DNA of 30,451 bases, taken from assembly GCA_036229005.1 (NCBI GenBank), contig JAZAMN010000041.1, forward strand, positions 1 to 30,451, given 5' to 3'. A model generated the notes under the pieces. That model was not told the origin of the DNA, made no database searches, and was given only the letters and a program-made list of their open reading frames with translations. Shown here piece by piece: positions 8,757 to 17,528 of this stretch. Numbering within the stretch: position 1 is the stretch's first letter; every line of letters starts with the position of its first letter. The translations under genes were made by a program, and so were the position numbers. This DNA is from Myxococcota bacterium (lineage in GTDB: Bacteria; Myxococcota_A; UBA796; CAJQPC01).

Positions 8757-9664
8757 ACGCTGAGCTGCTGGAGGCTGCCGAGGCCCACCGCCCCGCACTG
8801 CTGGCCTTGGGGATGCGCATGCTGGGCGCGCCCCAGGCCGCCGAAGACCTGGCCCAGGACACGCTGCTGCGCCTGGCGGAGCGCCCCCCTACCGACCTGG
8901 AGTCGCCCCTGCGGCCCTGGCTGCTGCGGGTCGCCGGCAACCTGGCCATGGACCGCCTGCGGGCGCGCAAGCTGCACTACGGCAAACGCGCGTTCGTGCC
9001 GGCGCCGCTCCCGCTGCCCGACCCCGAGGACGCACTGGAGACCCGCCAGAGCGCGACCCTTGCGTGGCTGCTCGCAGCGGAGGCGCTGACGCCCCAGCAG
9101 CGCCTGGTCTGGGTGCTGCGCGAGGTGCTGGAGTGCAGCGCCGTCGAGGTCGCGGCGTGGACGGACAGCACCCCGGGGGCGGTGCGGGGGACGCTGCATC
9201 GGGCGCGAAAGGCGCTACAGGAGCAGCCTGTGCCCACCCTGGACGGGGCCGGTCAGCGACAGCACCAGATGGCCCTGCTGGCCTTTGGGGCGGCGCTGCA
9301 GAGCGGGGATCTGGAGGCGGCCGCCGCGCTGCTCGCGCCTGGGGTGCGCTTCCACTCGGACGGCGGCGGGGTCTATCCAGCAGCCGGCATGCCGATCGAG
9401 GGGGCCAAGCGTGTCCTCGCCGCCATCAAGGGGCTGTCGGGGCGTGGCGGGGACGTGCAGTTCCAGGTGGTGTGGGCGGGTGTGACTCCGGCCGTGCTCC
9501 TCTCCTTCCCCTCTCCCCTGCCCCGGCACGCACCGCGGGCGCTCTGGAGCCTGGTGCTGGACCCTCAGGGGCGCATCGCGGCCTTCACGGCGCTGCTGGA
9601 TCCCGCGCGGATCGACGCCTGCCTTGGGGCGGCTACTCCAGGGGACCCCAGTTCGTCTCGATGA
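8753..9664 (+). CDS. ECF sigma factor with SnoaL-like C-terminal extension (ECF41/SigJ-like)
   Basis: ATGA overlap with the oxidoreductase; region 2 (AEDLAQDTLLR, PWLLRVAGNLAMDRLR), region 4 (LTPQQRLVWVLREVLE...LHRARKAL), C-terminal extension with SDGGG. Confidence 0.88.
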   Translation: MNAELLEAAEAHRPALLALGMRMLGAPQAAEDLAQDTLLRLAERPPTDLESPLRPWLLRVAGNLAMDRLRARKLHYGKRAFVPAPLPLPDPEDALETRQSATLAWLLAAEALTPQQRLVWVLREVLECSAVEVAAWTDSTPGAVRGTLHRARKALQEQPVPTLDGAGQRQHQMALLAFGAALQSGDLEAAAALLAPGVRFHSDGGGVYPAAGMPIEGAKRVLAAIKGLSGRGGDVQFQVVWAGVTPAVLLSFPSPLPRHAPRALWSLVLDPQGRIAAFTALLDPARIDACLGAATPGDPSSSR

Positions 9665-10223
9665 GGCGGTCGCCGTCGCTGACCTGGCCGTCGCGGTCCA
9701 GATCGCGCCAGAGCTCGGGCAGCAGCTCCAGCTCCATGGCCAGAGCCTCGGCCTCCGGGTCGCCCGGGCGGATCACCAGCTCCTGCAGGCCCGTGGCGTG
9801 CAGCGCGTCCACATCCACGACCCGGTCGAGGGGGAAGCGGAGCAGCAGCGCATCGTCCTCCACCACGCCGAAATCCCCCTCCACACACAGCCGGCTGGGC
9901 TGCACCTCGATGTCGACGAGGACACCCTGGTCCGAGTGGCCGACCAGCGTCAGGCGGTCGATGTAGAGGTAGAGGCCCTCGTAGCGGCCCGGCGAGAGCT
10001 GCATCATGGGGTTGAGCTCCCCCAGCAGGTCCATCTCGCTGCCCAGGAAGAGCCCGGCCTTCTCCCCCCGCTGCTCGGCGACGGCGGCCTTGGCGCGCAC
10101 GCTGCCCCAGTGCCAGTCCATGCGGCCCCCCTCGTCGGAGCCGACCATGCCGGCGTCTCCGGGGTTTCCGACGGCGGTCCCGTCGCGGGGCCCGAGGCAG
10201 GCCAGGGACAGCAGCAGGATCAT
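9633..10223 (-). CDS. Putative lipoprotein with GTxVGNP motif after the lipobox
   Basis: MILLLSLAC...DGTAVGNPG; ATGA-coupled to the TIGR02147 gene; C-terminal EF-hand-like DLDRDGQVSDGD; 3' end overlaps the convergent sigma gene by 32 nt. Confidence 0.7.
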   Translation of the reverse strand: MILLLSLACLGPRDGTAVGNPGDAGMVGSDEGGRMDWHWGSVRAKAAVAEQRGEKAGLFLGSEMDLLGELNPMMQLSPGRYEGLYLYIDRLTLVGHSDQGVLVDIEVQPSRLCVEGDFGVVEDDALLLRFPLDRVVDVDALHATGLQELVIRPGDPEAEALAMELELLPELWRDLDRDGQVSDGDRLIETNWGPLE

Positions 10224-11077
10224 GCGACACCTCGGGACAGGGGGACGAGCTGGAGGTTGAGCTGGCAGACGCGCTCGGCGGCGGGGGCCCCGTCCTGGAC
10301 GGCGGCGTCATCACAGAGGTGCAGCAGGCGCTGCTGCATGGCGTCCAGCTCGGCCTTGAGGGCGGGGAGCAGGGACTCGGGGACCGCGACGGTGACGCCG
10401 AGCAGGTGGCGCTCGCTGGCGGGCACGCGCTCCAGGGACTCGCTGGCGCGGCCCAACATCTGGCGGTGGTAGTTGGCGGCGACCAGCCAGGCGACCTCGC
10501 GGGGGGTGGCCAGGGAGGTGTCCGCGGTGACCACGCTGCCGTCGTCCTGACGGACGAGCAGGCCGAGCTCCAGCAGGGTCTCCAGAGCCTCGCGGGCCTG
10601 GGCGGGGGTGATGCGGGGCATCAGGCGGTCGGCGATCCAGGCGGGGTCGGCCTGGAAGTCGCGGCAGAGGGCGAGCTCGCGGATGGCCGGGTAGTACCAG
10701 GTGGACAGGTAGCGGAAGAAGTCGACCTCGGCGGAGCGGGCCTCCCGGAAGCGGCGGCAGGCGGCGACCTGCTCCCAGGCACGGTTCTTGTCCTCGTGGG
10801 TCTCGGCCTGGTCCAGCTCGACCAGGGCGCGGAAGAACTCGGCGTCCTCTCCCTCCAGGCGCAGGGCCTTGATGAAGCCGGCCAGGGTGGTGGGGGTCAG
10901 GTTGCGGCGGCCGGCGATGACCTCCTTGAGCAGCGAGGGGCTGCGGACGCCGGCCCGGCGGGCGAAGAGGCGGTGCGAGTAGCGGCTGTCGGCGGCCTTC
11001 TGGGCGTCGAACCAGTCGCCCAGGAAGCGCCGGAAGTCCAGGTAGGCGATGACATCCAGATCGGGGCCGCGTTTCAT
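10220..11077 (-). CDS. TIGR02147 family protein (N-terminal HTH plus DUF4423)
   Basis: YLDFRRFL.DWF..QK.....YSHRLFARRAGVRSPSLL..VI.GRRNLT, WYYPAIRELA, C-terminal VCQLNLQLVPLS; 285 aa. Confidence 0.88.
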   Translation of the reverse strand: MKRGPDLDVIAYLDFRRFLGDWFDAQKAADSRYSHRLFARRAGVRSPSLLKEVIAGRRNLTPTTLAGFIKALRLEGEDAEFFRALVELDQAETHEDKNRAWEQVAACRRFREARSAEVDFFRYLSTWYYPAIRELALCRDFQADPAWIADRLMPRITPAQAREALETLLELGLLVRQDDGSVVTADTSLATPREVAWLVAANYHRQMLGRASESLERVPASERHLLGVTVAVPESLLPALKAELDAMQQRLLHLCDDAAVQDGAPAAERVCQLNLQLVPLSRGVA

Positions 11078-11251
11078 GGGACAAAGCTACCGCATCGTGA
11101 GTACACCCGAAAGTGCGATCCTGGTGTCGCGGGTCGTGATTCCAGGCACTTGGAGCCAAGCCGTATTCTGGACGGGTACACATTGCCGGGGCCCCATGAG
11201 TACAGCTCGGCCTCCGGGGAGCGGTGCCCCACAGTTTTTTCCGGGACGGGC

Positions 11252-11278
11252 TGTAAGCGCCCCGGGATCCCCTCCGTT
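11252..11278 (+). promoter_or_regulatory. Candidate ECF-type promoter upstream of the vWA gene
   Basis: TGTAAGC(11252-11258)-N16-CGTT(11275-11278); GGAGG RBS just before ATG 11311. Confidence 0.45.
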
Positions 11279-11310
11279 GTCCCCAGGCCAAGCCCCACAT
11301 CGGAGGTCCC

Positions 11311-13137
11311 ATGTCCCGCATCCACCCCAGCCTTCCCCTGCTCATGCTCCTCGCCGCCGGCTGCACCCAGCGCGAGCCTGCGATGGAGACCATGGACTAC
11401 GAGCTGACCGAGGCCGATGACGGGGAGCGCTACGACGACGATGGCCGCGCCGACAAGGACGCCAACGCCCCTCAGCCCGCCCCGGAGGCCGTCGCCGAAG
11501 CGGAGCCCATGGAGGAGGTCAGCGTCGACGAGGTCCAGCAGCTCAGCGCTCTGGGCTACACGGAGGGCGTCGCGGCACCGGCCAGCACCAGCCGACGCGC
11601 GCCCCCCCGCGCCCAGCGCAAGGCCGAGGCCCCCATGGCGGTCGGAGGCGCCCTGGCCGACGCGAGCATCGCCCCTCCGCCCGCTGGCAGGCCCGCCCCC
11701 GTGACCACCACCGGGACCACCACGGCCACCCCCGAGCCCCAGAGCAACACCGAGGCCTACGCCCACTACGGCGTCAACGACATGACCCTGGTGGACAAGG
11801 ACCGCTTCTCCACCTTCTCCGTGGATGTGGACACCGCGTCCTACGCCATCTCGCGCCGCAAGCTCAACGAGGGCATGCTGCCCCCCACCAGCGCCGTCCG
11901 CGTGGAGGAGTTCGTCAACGCCTTCCACTACGACTACGCCGCCCCCAGCTACGGCTCCAACGACGGCGCGCCCTTCGCCATCCACATGGAGGCCGCCCCC
12001 TCCCCCTTCGACTCCAGCCACCACATCCTGCGGGTGGGCGTGAAGGGCATGGAGATCCCCCAGGATGACCGGGAGCCCATGCACCTGACCTTCCTGGTCG
12101 ACACCTCGGGCTCCATGTCCAGCGCGGACAAGCTGGGGCTGGCCAAGAACAGCCTGCACACCCTGGTCGAGAACCTGCAGCCCCACGATACCGTCGCCCT
12201 GGTCACCTACGCCGGCAGCACCCAGATCCTCCTGCAGCCCACCCAGGTCAGCCAGCAGCGCGCCATCCACGCCGCCATCGACGGCCTGAGCTCCGGCGGC
12301 GGCACCCACATGTCCACCGGCATGGAGCTGGCCTACCAGGTCGCCAGCGAGACCGCCGTGCAGGGCCACGAGAACCGCGTGGTCGTGCTCTCCGACGGCG
12401 ACGCCAACATCGGGCGCACCAGCCACGAGGAGATCCTGCGCGTGGTCGGCCAGTACGCCGAGGAGGGCATCACCCTGTCCACCATCGGCTTCGGCATGGG
12501 CAACTACAAGGACGTGATGATGGAGCAGCTCGCCAACAAGGGCGACGGCAACTACGCGTACATCGACTCCCAGGCCGAGGCCAACAAGGTCTTCGGCGAG
12601 GACCTGGCCGGCACCACCCTGACCATCGCCAAGGACGTCAAGCTCCAGGTCGAGTTCAACCCCCAGGCCGTCATCGCCTACCGCCTGATCGGCTACGAGA
12701 ACCGCGACATCGCCGACCGCGACTTCCGCAACGACCGCGTGGACGCCGGTGAGATCGGCGCCGGCCACAACGTCACCGCGCTCTACGAGGTGGTCCTCCG
12801 CGACGACGCCGCCAGCCAGGAGCTCGCCACCGTCCGCGTCCGCGCCAAGAAGCCCGGCCCCGACAGCCCCGCCCGCGAGTGGGCCACCGTGTTCGACGGC
12901 GATCTGCTCCACAGCGAGTTCGACAGCGCCTCCAAGGACTTCCGCCTGGCCTTCGCCGCCGCCACCTTCGCCGAGCTGCTGCGCGGGAGCCCCTACGTGG
13001 TCGAGGTCTCCTACCAGGACGTCGCCGCCATCGCGAACCGGGCCAGCCGGGGGAAGGAGGAGGACAGCGAGCTGCTCAAGCTCATCAGCACCGCGGCCCA
13101 ACTCTCCGGGGAGCGCAGCCCCATGGTCCGCCTGTGA
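11311..13137 (+). CDS. YfbK-like von Willebrand factor A lipoprotein (vWF_A + VWA + DUF3520)
   Basis: Lipobox [78 protein letters not shown]....[20 protein letters not shown]. Confidence 0.92.
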   Translation: MSRIHPSLPLLMLLAAGCTQREPAMETMDYELTEADDGERYDDDGRADKDANAPQPAPEAVAEAEPMEEVSVDEVQQLSALGYTEGVAAPASTSRRAPPRAQRKAEAPMAVGGALADASIAPPPAGRPAPVTTTGTTTATPEPQSNTEAYAHYGVNDMTLVDKDRFSTFSVDVDTASYAISRRKLNEGMLPPTSAVRVEEFVNAFHYDYAAPSYGSNDGAPFAIHMEAAPSPFDSSHHILRVGVKGMEIPQDDREPMHLTFLVDTSGSMSSADKLGLAKNSLHTLVENLQPHDTVALVTYAGSTQILLQPTQVSQQRAIHAAIDGLSSGGGTHMSTGMELAYQVASETAVQGHENRVVVLSDGDANIGRTSHEEILRVVGQYAEEGITLSTIGFGMGNYKDVMMEQLANKGDGNYAYIDSQAEANKVFGEDLAGTTLTIAKDVKLQVEFNPQAVIAYRLIGYENRDIADRDFRNDRVDAGEIGAGHNVTALYEVVLRDDAASQELATVRVRAKKPGPDSPAREWATVFDGDLLHSEFDSASKDFRLAFAAATFAELLRGSPYVVEVSYQDVAAIANRASRGKEEDSELLKLISTAAQLSGERSPMVRL

Positions 13138-13139
13138 GC

Positions 13140-13174
13140 TGAGGGGCGCCAGCGAGGACAGGCTGGCGCCCTCA
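13140..13174 (+). terminator. Hairpin after the vWA gene (terminator-like, no U-tract)
   Basis: GGGCGCCAGC(13144-13153)/GCTGGCGCCC(13162-13171), 8-nt loop, immediately after the stop. Confidence 0.5.
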
Positions 13175-13226
13175 AGCGAAAGGCAAGCAGAACGAAAGCC
13201 AGCCTTTCAACTTGACTTCGACCGGC

Positions 13227-13256
13227 TTGCACAGCCCGCAAAGCCTCTGCTATCAA
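13227..13256 (+). promoter_or_regulatory. Candidate sigma70 promoter for the DUF4157-RNase gene
   Basis: TTGCAC(13227-13232)-N18-TATCAA(13251-13256) with extended -10 TG; AGGGGG RBS before ATG 13280. Confidence 0.35.
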
Positions 13257-13279
13257 GGGTCACATCCGCAGGGGGCCCC

Positions 13280-15616
13280 ATGCTCAAGCAGACGACTCAA
13301 GGCAAGGATAGCTGGACCCAGGGGCCCGCCTCTGGCGCGCCAGCAGACCACCTGAGCGACCCCCTCCAGGGCAGCGGCTCGGTGGAGGCCATCGCCAGCG
13401 AGGGGGTCTCCGGCCAGGGCGGAGCCCTCCCCCACCTGGACCGCATCCAGCAGAGCTTCGGCGCGCACGATGTCTCCTCGGTGAGGGCGCACACAGACGG
13501 CGCAGCCCAGTCTGCGAACGCAGCGCTGGGGAGTCGGGGCTTCGCGACCGGAGACCGCGTGGCCCTGGCCGCGACCGACCTGCACACGGTGGCCCATGAG
13601 GCGGCCCACACCGTCCAGCAGCGGGCAGGCGTGCACGCCAAGTCCGACCACGGCCTGAGCACCGACCCCTTGGAGCGGCACGCCGACGCCGTCGCCGACA
13701 AGGTGGTCGCGGGAGAGAGCGCGGAGGGGCTGCTCAATCAGATGTCTGGCAGCAGCTCGGCGGCCATGGTGCAGCCAAAGCTGAACCGCGACTGGGGGTG
13801 GACCCAGGGCATTACGTTCGCCTGGAAGGAGGGCGCCCAGGACCTCTGGCGGGATGTAGACGCAGGCTTCAACGGCACCTTCCTGCCGCTGATGGGCCGC
13901 GTCGATGAGCTCAAGCCGCTGCCTGAGAGGTTCCAGAAGCCCTACGACGCCTTGGCCGTGTACCGCCAGTACGACAACACCAACATCTCCATGGAACAGG
14001 GTCGTACCCTCAAGTCCGACCTCCTGCCGCTGCTGGACGGGCCTCCCCTGGACCAGACCATCCAGGAGTTCAAGGCGGGCTACGTCCAGCGCCTCGCCCA
14101 GCTCAAGGGGACGCTGGACAACTACCGGATCGGCGCCAAGAGCGAGCCCTACAAACAGATCAAGGCCGAGCTCTCCGAGCTCCAGAAGCGCGTCCGCGCC
14201 GAACACCAGGCACCGACCTTCGACGAGGACCTCCAGCAGTTCGAGCAGGAGCTGCAGGGCATCAAGGACAAGCGGAAGTGGATCCAGGATCAGCAGGAAG
14301 CCCAGCAACAAGCGGACCGGGCTGAGCGGGAGCAGCAGAAGGCTCTGGAGGCCCAGCAGGCCGAGCAGGCCCGGGTGGAGAGTGAGCGGCGCGCCGAGCT
14401 GAGCGCCCGCCTGCGCACCTGGCGTGGGTCCAACATCGGCCCCCAGATGTTGAGCTGGCTGGGCAGCGACACCGAGCAGGAGCCCTTCATCGCTGCGGTC
14501 CCCAAGAGCGACGTGGGCCGTCTCGCTCAGCTCGGCGGCCTGGGCAGCAACGCAGAGCTGCTGTCCGCCATCCAGACCGCCGGGGGGGTGAAGCCTGTGC
14601 TCGCGCTCAAGGACAAGCCCGGGGCCAGCGCTGCCCGGATCGACGCACTCCTGGGGCTCAGCAACATCGGCCGAGAGGCCGAGCTCATGGATCGCTGTGG
14701 GTCCATGGAGCACGCGATCAACCTGCTGGGCCGCTGCAGCGTTGTTCAGGCCATCTCGCTGATGGCGCTGGCTGGCGACCAGAAGGAGCAGGCGGTGCAC
14801 GGCCTGCTGGCCCTCAAGAACGACGATGTCGCCGCCGTCCAGGCGCTGCTTGACACCAAGAGCGGACGCGGTCGCGCCGACGAGGTCCTGACCGCACTGA
14901 CCGGCGACGACGCCCTGAACGAACAGCAGAGCGCTGCCTTGCTGGCCACCCCCGGGATGGCCGGAACGCCCGCCGAGACCAAGCAGCTCATGACCAACGC
15001 CAAGGTCCTGGCCGCCGACGGCCTCACGACAGCGACCGAGCTGCTCAGCGAGAAGGCCAACGCCGACGACGTGCTCAAGCTGCTCACCAAGGTGAGCGTG
15101 GCGGACGCCAAGACGCTGAGCAAGGGCCTGAATATCCACGGCACCGGGGCCGAGGTCCTGTGGATGCTGAACCAGAGCGTCAGCGTCCCCGAGACCAAGC
15201 GGCTGCTCGACCACGAGTCGGGGACCTGGGGCAAGAAGGCACTGCAGGCGCACGGACACCCGCAGCACAACATCGTCCACATCAACGACAGCCTGGACAA
15301 CGGCAAGCCTGTGTGGACCGGCGAGGTCTGCGGGACCCCCACCTTCAAGGATGCGAACGACAAGTCCGTGACCGAAGCACACGTGACCGGAAATGTCGGG
15401 CACATGGACCCGGCGGGCGGCAACTACCACAGCCGGATCTTCGGCAACACGCCCAACGACAACAAGACCATGCTGCTGCCACGGCACGGCGAGCAATACC
15501 GGGAGTACGACCTCAAGCCCTGGGTCGACAACAACCGCGGGACGCAGCGGATCGTGCTGGGCAGCAAGAAGTTCTACACCGGCGACCACTACGCCAGCTT
15601 CCGGAAGTACGGCTGA
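13280..15616 (+). CDS. DUF4157 (eCIS-core domain) protein with C-terminal barnase/RNase Sa-type ribonuclease; putative polymorphic toxin, 778 aa
   Basis: N-terminal [23 protein letters not shown]...[13 protein letters not shown]...[13 protein letters not shown]...[15 protein letters not shown]; Gln/Glu coiled coil; C-terminal IFGN...LLP...YREYD...RGTQRIV...[10 protein letters not shown] matching the microbial ribonuclease signature. Confidence 0.88.
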   Translation: MLKQTTQGKDSWTQGPASGAPADHLSDPLQGSGSVEAIASEGVSGQGGALPHLDRIQQSFGAHDVSSVRAHTDGAAQSANAALGSRGFATGDRVALAATDLHTVAHEAAHTVQQRAGVHAKSDHGLSTDPLERHADAVADKVVAGESAEGLLNQMSGSSSAAMVQPKLNRDWGWTQGITFAWKEGAQDLWRDVDAGFNGTFLPLMGRVDELKPLPERFQKPYDALAVYRQYDNTNISMEQGRTLKSDLLPLLDGPPLDQTIQEFKAGYVQRLAQLKGTLDNYRIGAKSEPYKQIKAELSELQKRVRAEHQAPTFDEDLQQFEQELQGIKDKRKWIQDQQEAQQQADRAEREQQKALEAQQAEQARVESERRAELSARLRTWRGSNIGPQMLSWLGSDTEQEPFIAAVPKSDVGRLAQLGGLGSNAELLSAIQTAGGVKPVLALKDKPGASAARIDALLGLSNIGREAELMDRCGSMEHAINLLGRCSVVQAISLMALAGDQKEQAVHGLLALKNDDVAAVQALLDTKSGRGRADEVLTALTGDDALNEQQSAALLATPGMAGTPAETKQLMTNAKVLAADGLTTATELLSEKANADDVLKLLTKVSVADAKTLSKGLNIHGTGAEVLWMLNQSVSVPETKRLLDHESGTWGKKALQAHGHPQHNIVHINDSLDNGKPVWTGEVCGTPTFKDANDKSVTEAHVTGNVGHMDPAGGNYHSRIFGNTPNDNKTMLLPRHGEQYREYDLKPWVDNNRGTQRIVLGSKKFYTGDHYASFRKYG

Positions 15617-15619
15617 ACC

Positions 15620-15636
15620 GGGGCCTCTCCGGCCCC
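15620..15636. terminator. Short hairpin between convergent genes
   Basis: GGGGCC(15620-15625)/GGCCCC(15631-15636). Confidence 0.35.
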
Positions 15637-15647
15637 TCCACAGCGCG

Positions 15648-16382
15648 CTACTCGCTGCCCACCAGCTCCTCCACCCGCGCCTGCAGCCGCGCGCGCATCT
15701 CGGGCGGGACGCTGTGTTTCACCCCCGGCCAGAGCTGGCTCTCGACGGGGTAGCCGGCCTCCTTGAAGCGCAGCTCGGCCTGGACGGCGCCCGCTGCGGG
15801 GACGATGTCGTCGGCCTCCCCATGGAGGATGAGCACGGAGGGCTTGCGCTCGCCGGCCATTGGGGGGCGAGGGTCCGGCCACATGCCGCCCATGGCCACC
15901 ACGCCCACGACCCGCTCGGGGTGGTAGGCGGCCAGCGCCATGCTCAGCATGCCGCCCTGCGAGAAGCCGAACACCACGGCCTGGCCGGTGGGCGACTCCT
16001 GGGCGATCCAGGCGGCGACCTGATCGGCGGCCCGGGCGATGTCCATGGCCAGCAGGTCCGGGGTGTTGTCCCGGGTGCTGACGGTGAACCAGGTGCCGCC
16101 GTCCCCGTAGGGCGTGGGCGCCAGGGGGAAGAGCGCGCGGTAGCTGCCGGTGGCCCCGTCCAGCAGGTGCTGGAAGCGCTGGGGGTGCGCGCCGCGCCCG
16201 TGCAGGCCCACGACCAGGTGCTCCTGACCGGTGGGCTGACCCAGGGTGACCTCGACGGTGGTCGGGAATGTCGGGGTGTTGGTGGGGGCAGCGTTGGCAG
16301 ACGGTGGGCCGAGCTGTGCGGGGGCCGGGAGCCCCTCCTCGACCGAAGCTCCGCAGGCCAGCGCCAACAGCAGGGAGAGCAT
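15648..16382 (-). CDS. Phospholipase/carboxylesterase-family alpha/beta hydrolase, putative lipoprotein
   Basis: LHGRG, GFSQGG nucleophile elbow, HGEADDIVP, GVKHSV; MLSLLLALAC; ATG overlaps the upstream TGA (TGATG). Confidence 0.88.
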   Translation of the reverse strand: MLSLLLALACGASVEEGLPAPAQLGPPSANAAPTNTPTFPTTVEVTLGQPTGQEHLVVGLHGRGAHPQRFQHLLDGATGSYRALFPLAPTPYGDGGTWFTVSTRDNTPDLLAMDIARAADQVAAWIAQESPTGQAVVFGFSQGGMLSMALAAYHPERVVGVVAMGGMWPDPRPPMAGERKPSVLILHGEADDIVPAAGAVQAELRFKEAGYPVESQLWPGVKHSVPPEMRARLQARVEELVGSE

Positions 16383-17389
16383 CACCCGGCCTTGGAGCGG
16401 CCGTCCAGGCGGCCCTTGAGCTTCTCGTACATGTCCGCGACCACGTAGCGGTCCTTGCGGGTCATACGCTCGATGCCGCTGCGGGGGTGGATGTTGAAGA
16501 AGCCGGTCATGGCGTAGGGCAGGTGGTAGCCCCAGCGCAGGTCGTCGCGCAGGTTGGCGAACTGGTCGACCAGCTCCAGCACGGGCTGGACGTCGTAGCG
16601 GGGGTTGTCCAGGTAGAAGAGCAGCAGCTCCAGGGGGCAGTTGCCGGCCCCGCGGCCCATGCCGTGGATGGTGGCGTCGACAAAGTCCACGCCCTCGTCG
16701 ATGGCGGCGATGGTGTTGGCGAAGGCCTGCTGCTGGTTGTTGTGCAGGTGCACGCCGACCTTGATGCCCTCCCCCAGGTAGTTCATGTACTTGGAGACCA
16801 GGTAGCGCACGTGGAAGGGGTAGAGCGCGCCGAAGCTGTCGACCAGGGCCACGTTGTCCACGCCGGAGACGGCCAGGCGCAGCAGGAAGGCGTCGACCTC
16901 CTGGGGCTGGAGGGTGGAGACCGCCATGACGTTGCAGAAGGTCTCGTAGCCCTGGGCCTTGGCGTGATCGAGCAGGGCCAGAGCCTCGTCGAGCTGGTGC
17001 GCGTAGCAGGCGACCCGGATCACGTCGATGGCGGACTCGGAGGCCGGTCCGATCTCCTGGGGGGTGATGCGGCCGATGTCGCACATGGCGCTCAGCTTCA
17101 TCTTGCCCTTGCGGTCGACCACCTTGGCCAGGTCGTCCTCGGAGCAGAAGCGCCAGGGGCCGACCTTGTCCCGGGAGAAGATCCCCTCGGAGGTCTTGTA
17201 GCCGATCTCCATGTAGTCGATGCCGCTGCGCTCGAGCGCCGAGAAGGTGCGTTGCACCAGCTCGTTGGAGAACTGCCAGTCGTTGCAGATGCCGCCATCG
17301 CGGATCGTGCAGTCCAGCACCTTGATGCGGCGACGGCGGTCGGTGACCAGCCCGTCCGGGCAGCAGCTCACTCGGTAGTCCAGACCCAA
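16382..17389 (-). CDS. DRE-TIM metallolyase, 4-hydroxy-2-oxovalerate aldolase-like (HMGL-like)
   Basis: KVLDCTIRDGG, EIGYK, LVDSFGALYP, GVHLHNNQQQAFAN, DATIHGMGRGAGNCPLELL; TTG start at 17389 has AAGGAG 6 nt upstream (start uncertain). Confidence 0.85.
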   Translation of the reverse strand: MGLDYRVSCCPDGLVTDRRRRIKVLDCTIRDGGICNDWQFSNELVQRTFSALERSGIDYMEIGYKTSEGIFSRDKVGPWRFCSEDDLAKVVDRKGKMKLSAMCDIGRITPQEIGPASESAIDVIRVACYAHQLDEALALLDHAKAQGYETFCNVMAVSTLQPQEVDAFLLRLAVSGVDNVALVDSFGALYPFHVRYLVSKYMNYLGEGIKVGVHLHNNQQQAFANTIAAIDEGVDFVDATIHGMGRGAGNCPLELLLFYLDNPRYDVQPVLELVDQFANLRDDLRWGYHLPYAMTGFFNIHPRSGIERMTRKDRYVVADMYEKLKGRLDGRSKAG

Positions 17390-17478
17390 AACAGGCTCCT
17401 TGCAGGCCAAGAAGCCTAACGCCACGCCGAGGGTCCCGCTCCAAGTGCCCCGCGGCGCCGTCCCCCAGGGACAAGTCC

Positions 17479-17506
17479 CTCAAGGCCAAGGTCGGGTGTC
17501 CGATGC
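17479..17506 (+). promoter_or_regulatory. Sigma28 (FliA)-like promoter of the fliJ operon
   Basis: TCAA(17480-17483)-N15-TCCGATGC(17499-17506) versus TAAA-N15-GCCGATAA; GAGGAGG RBS at 17514-17520. Confidence 0.6.
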
Positions 17507-17528
17507 ACGGTCCGAGGAGGCCCTTGTC

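Noticed and set aside
13180..13276. Possible c-di-GMP-I riboswitch (GGCAA...GAAA...CGCAAAGCCTC) before the toxin gene
   Set aside because: Spacing between the GGCAA and GCAAAGC elements is about twice the usual, and the expected stems and tetraloop receptor are not evident; an Infernal search would settle it.
12749..13279. 177-aa N-terminal extension of the DUF4157 ORF
   Set aside because: It overlaps the vWA gene in another frame and crosses a hairpin and promoter-like region; ATG 13280 has an RBS.
11074..15589. Long minus-strand ORFs 11074-13101 (675 aa) and 13253-15589 (778 aa)
   Set aside because: They are antisense shadows of the vWA and DUF4157 genes, typical of high-GC codon bias, and show no recognisable motifs.
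15589..15882. Small ORFs near the toxin 3' end as a possible barstar/immunity gene
   Set aside because: They overlap the esterase in other frames, are Arg/Pro/Gly-rich and lack barstar-like features (e.g. NLDALWD).
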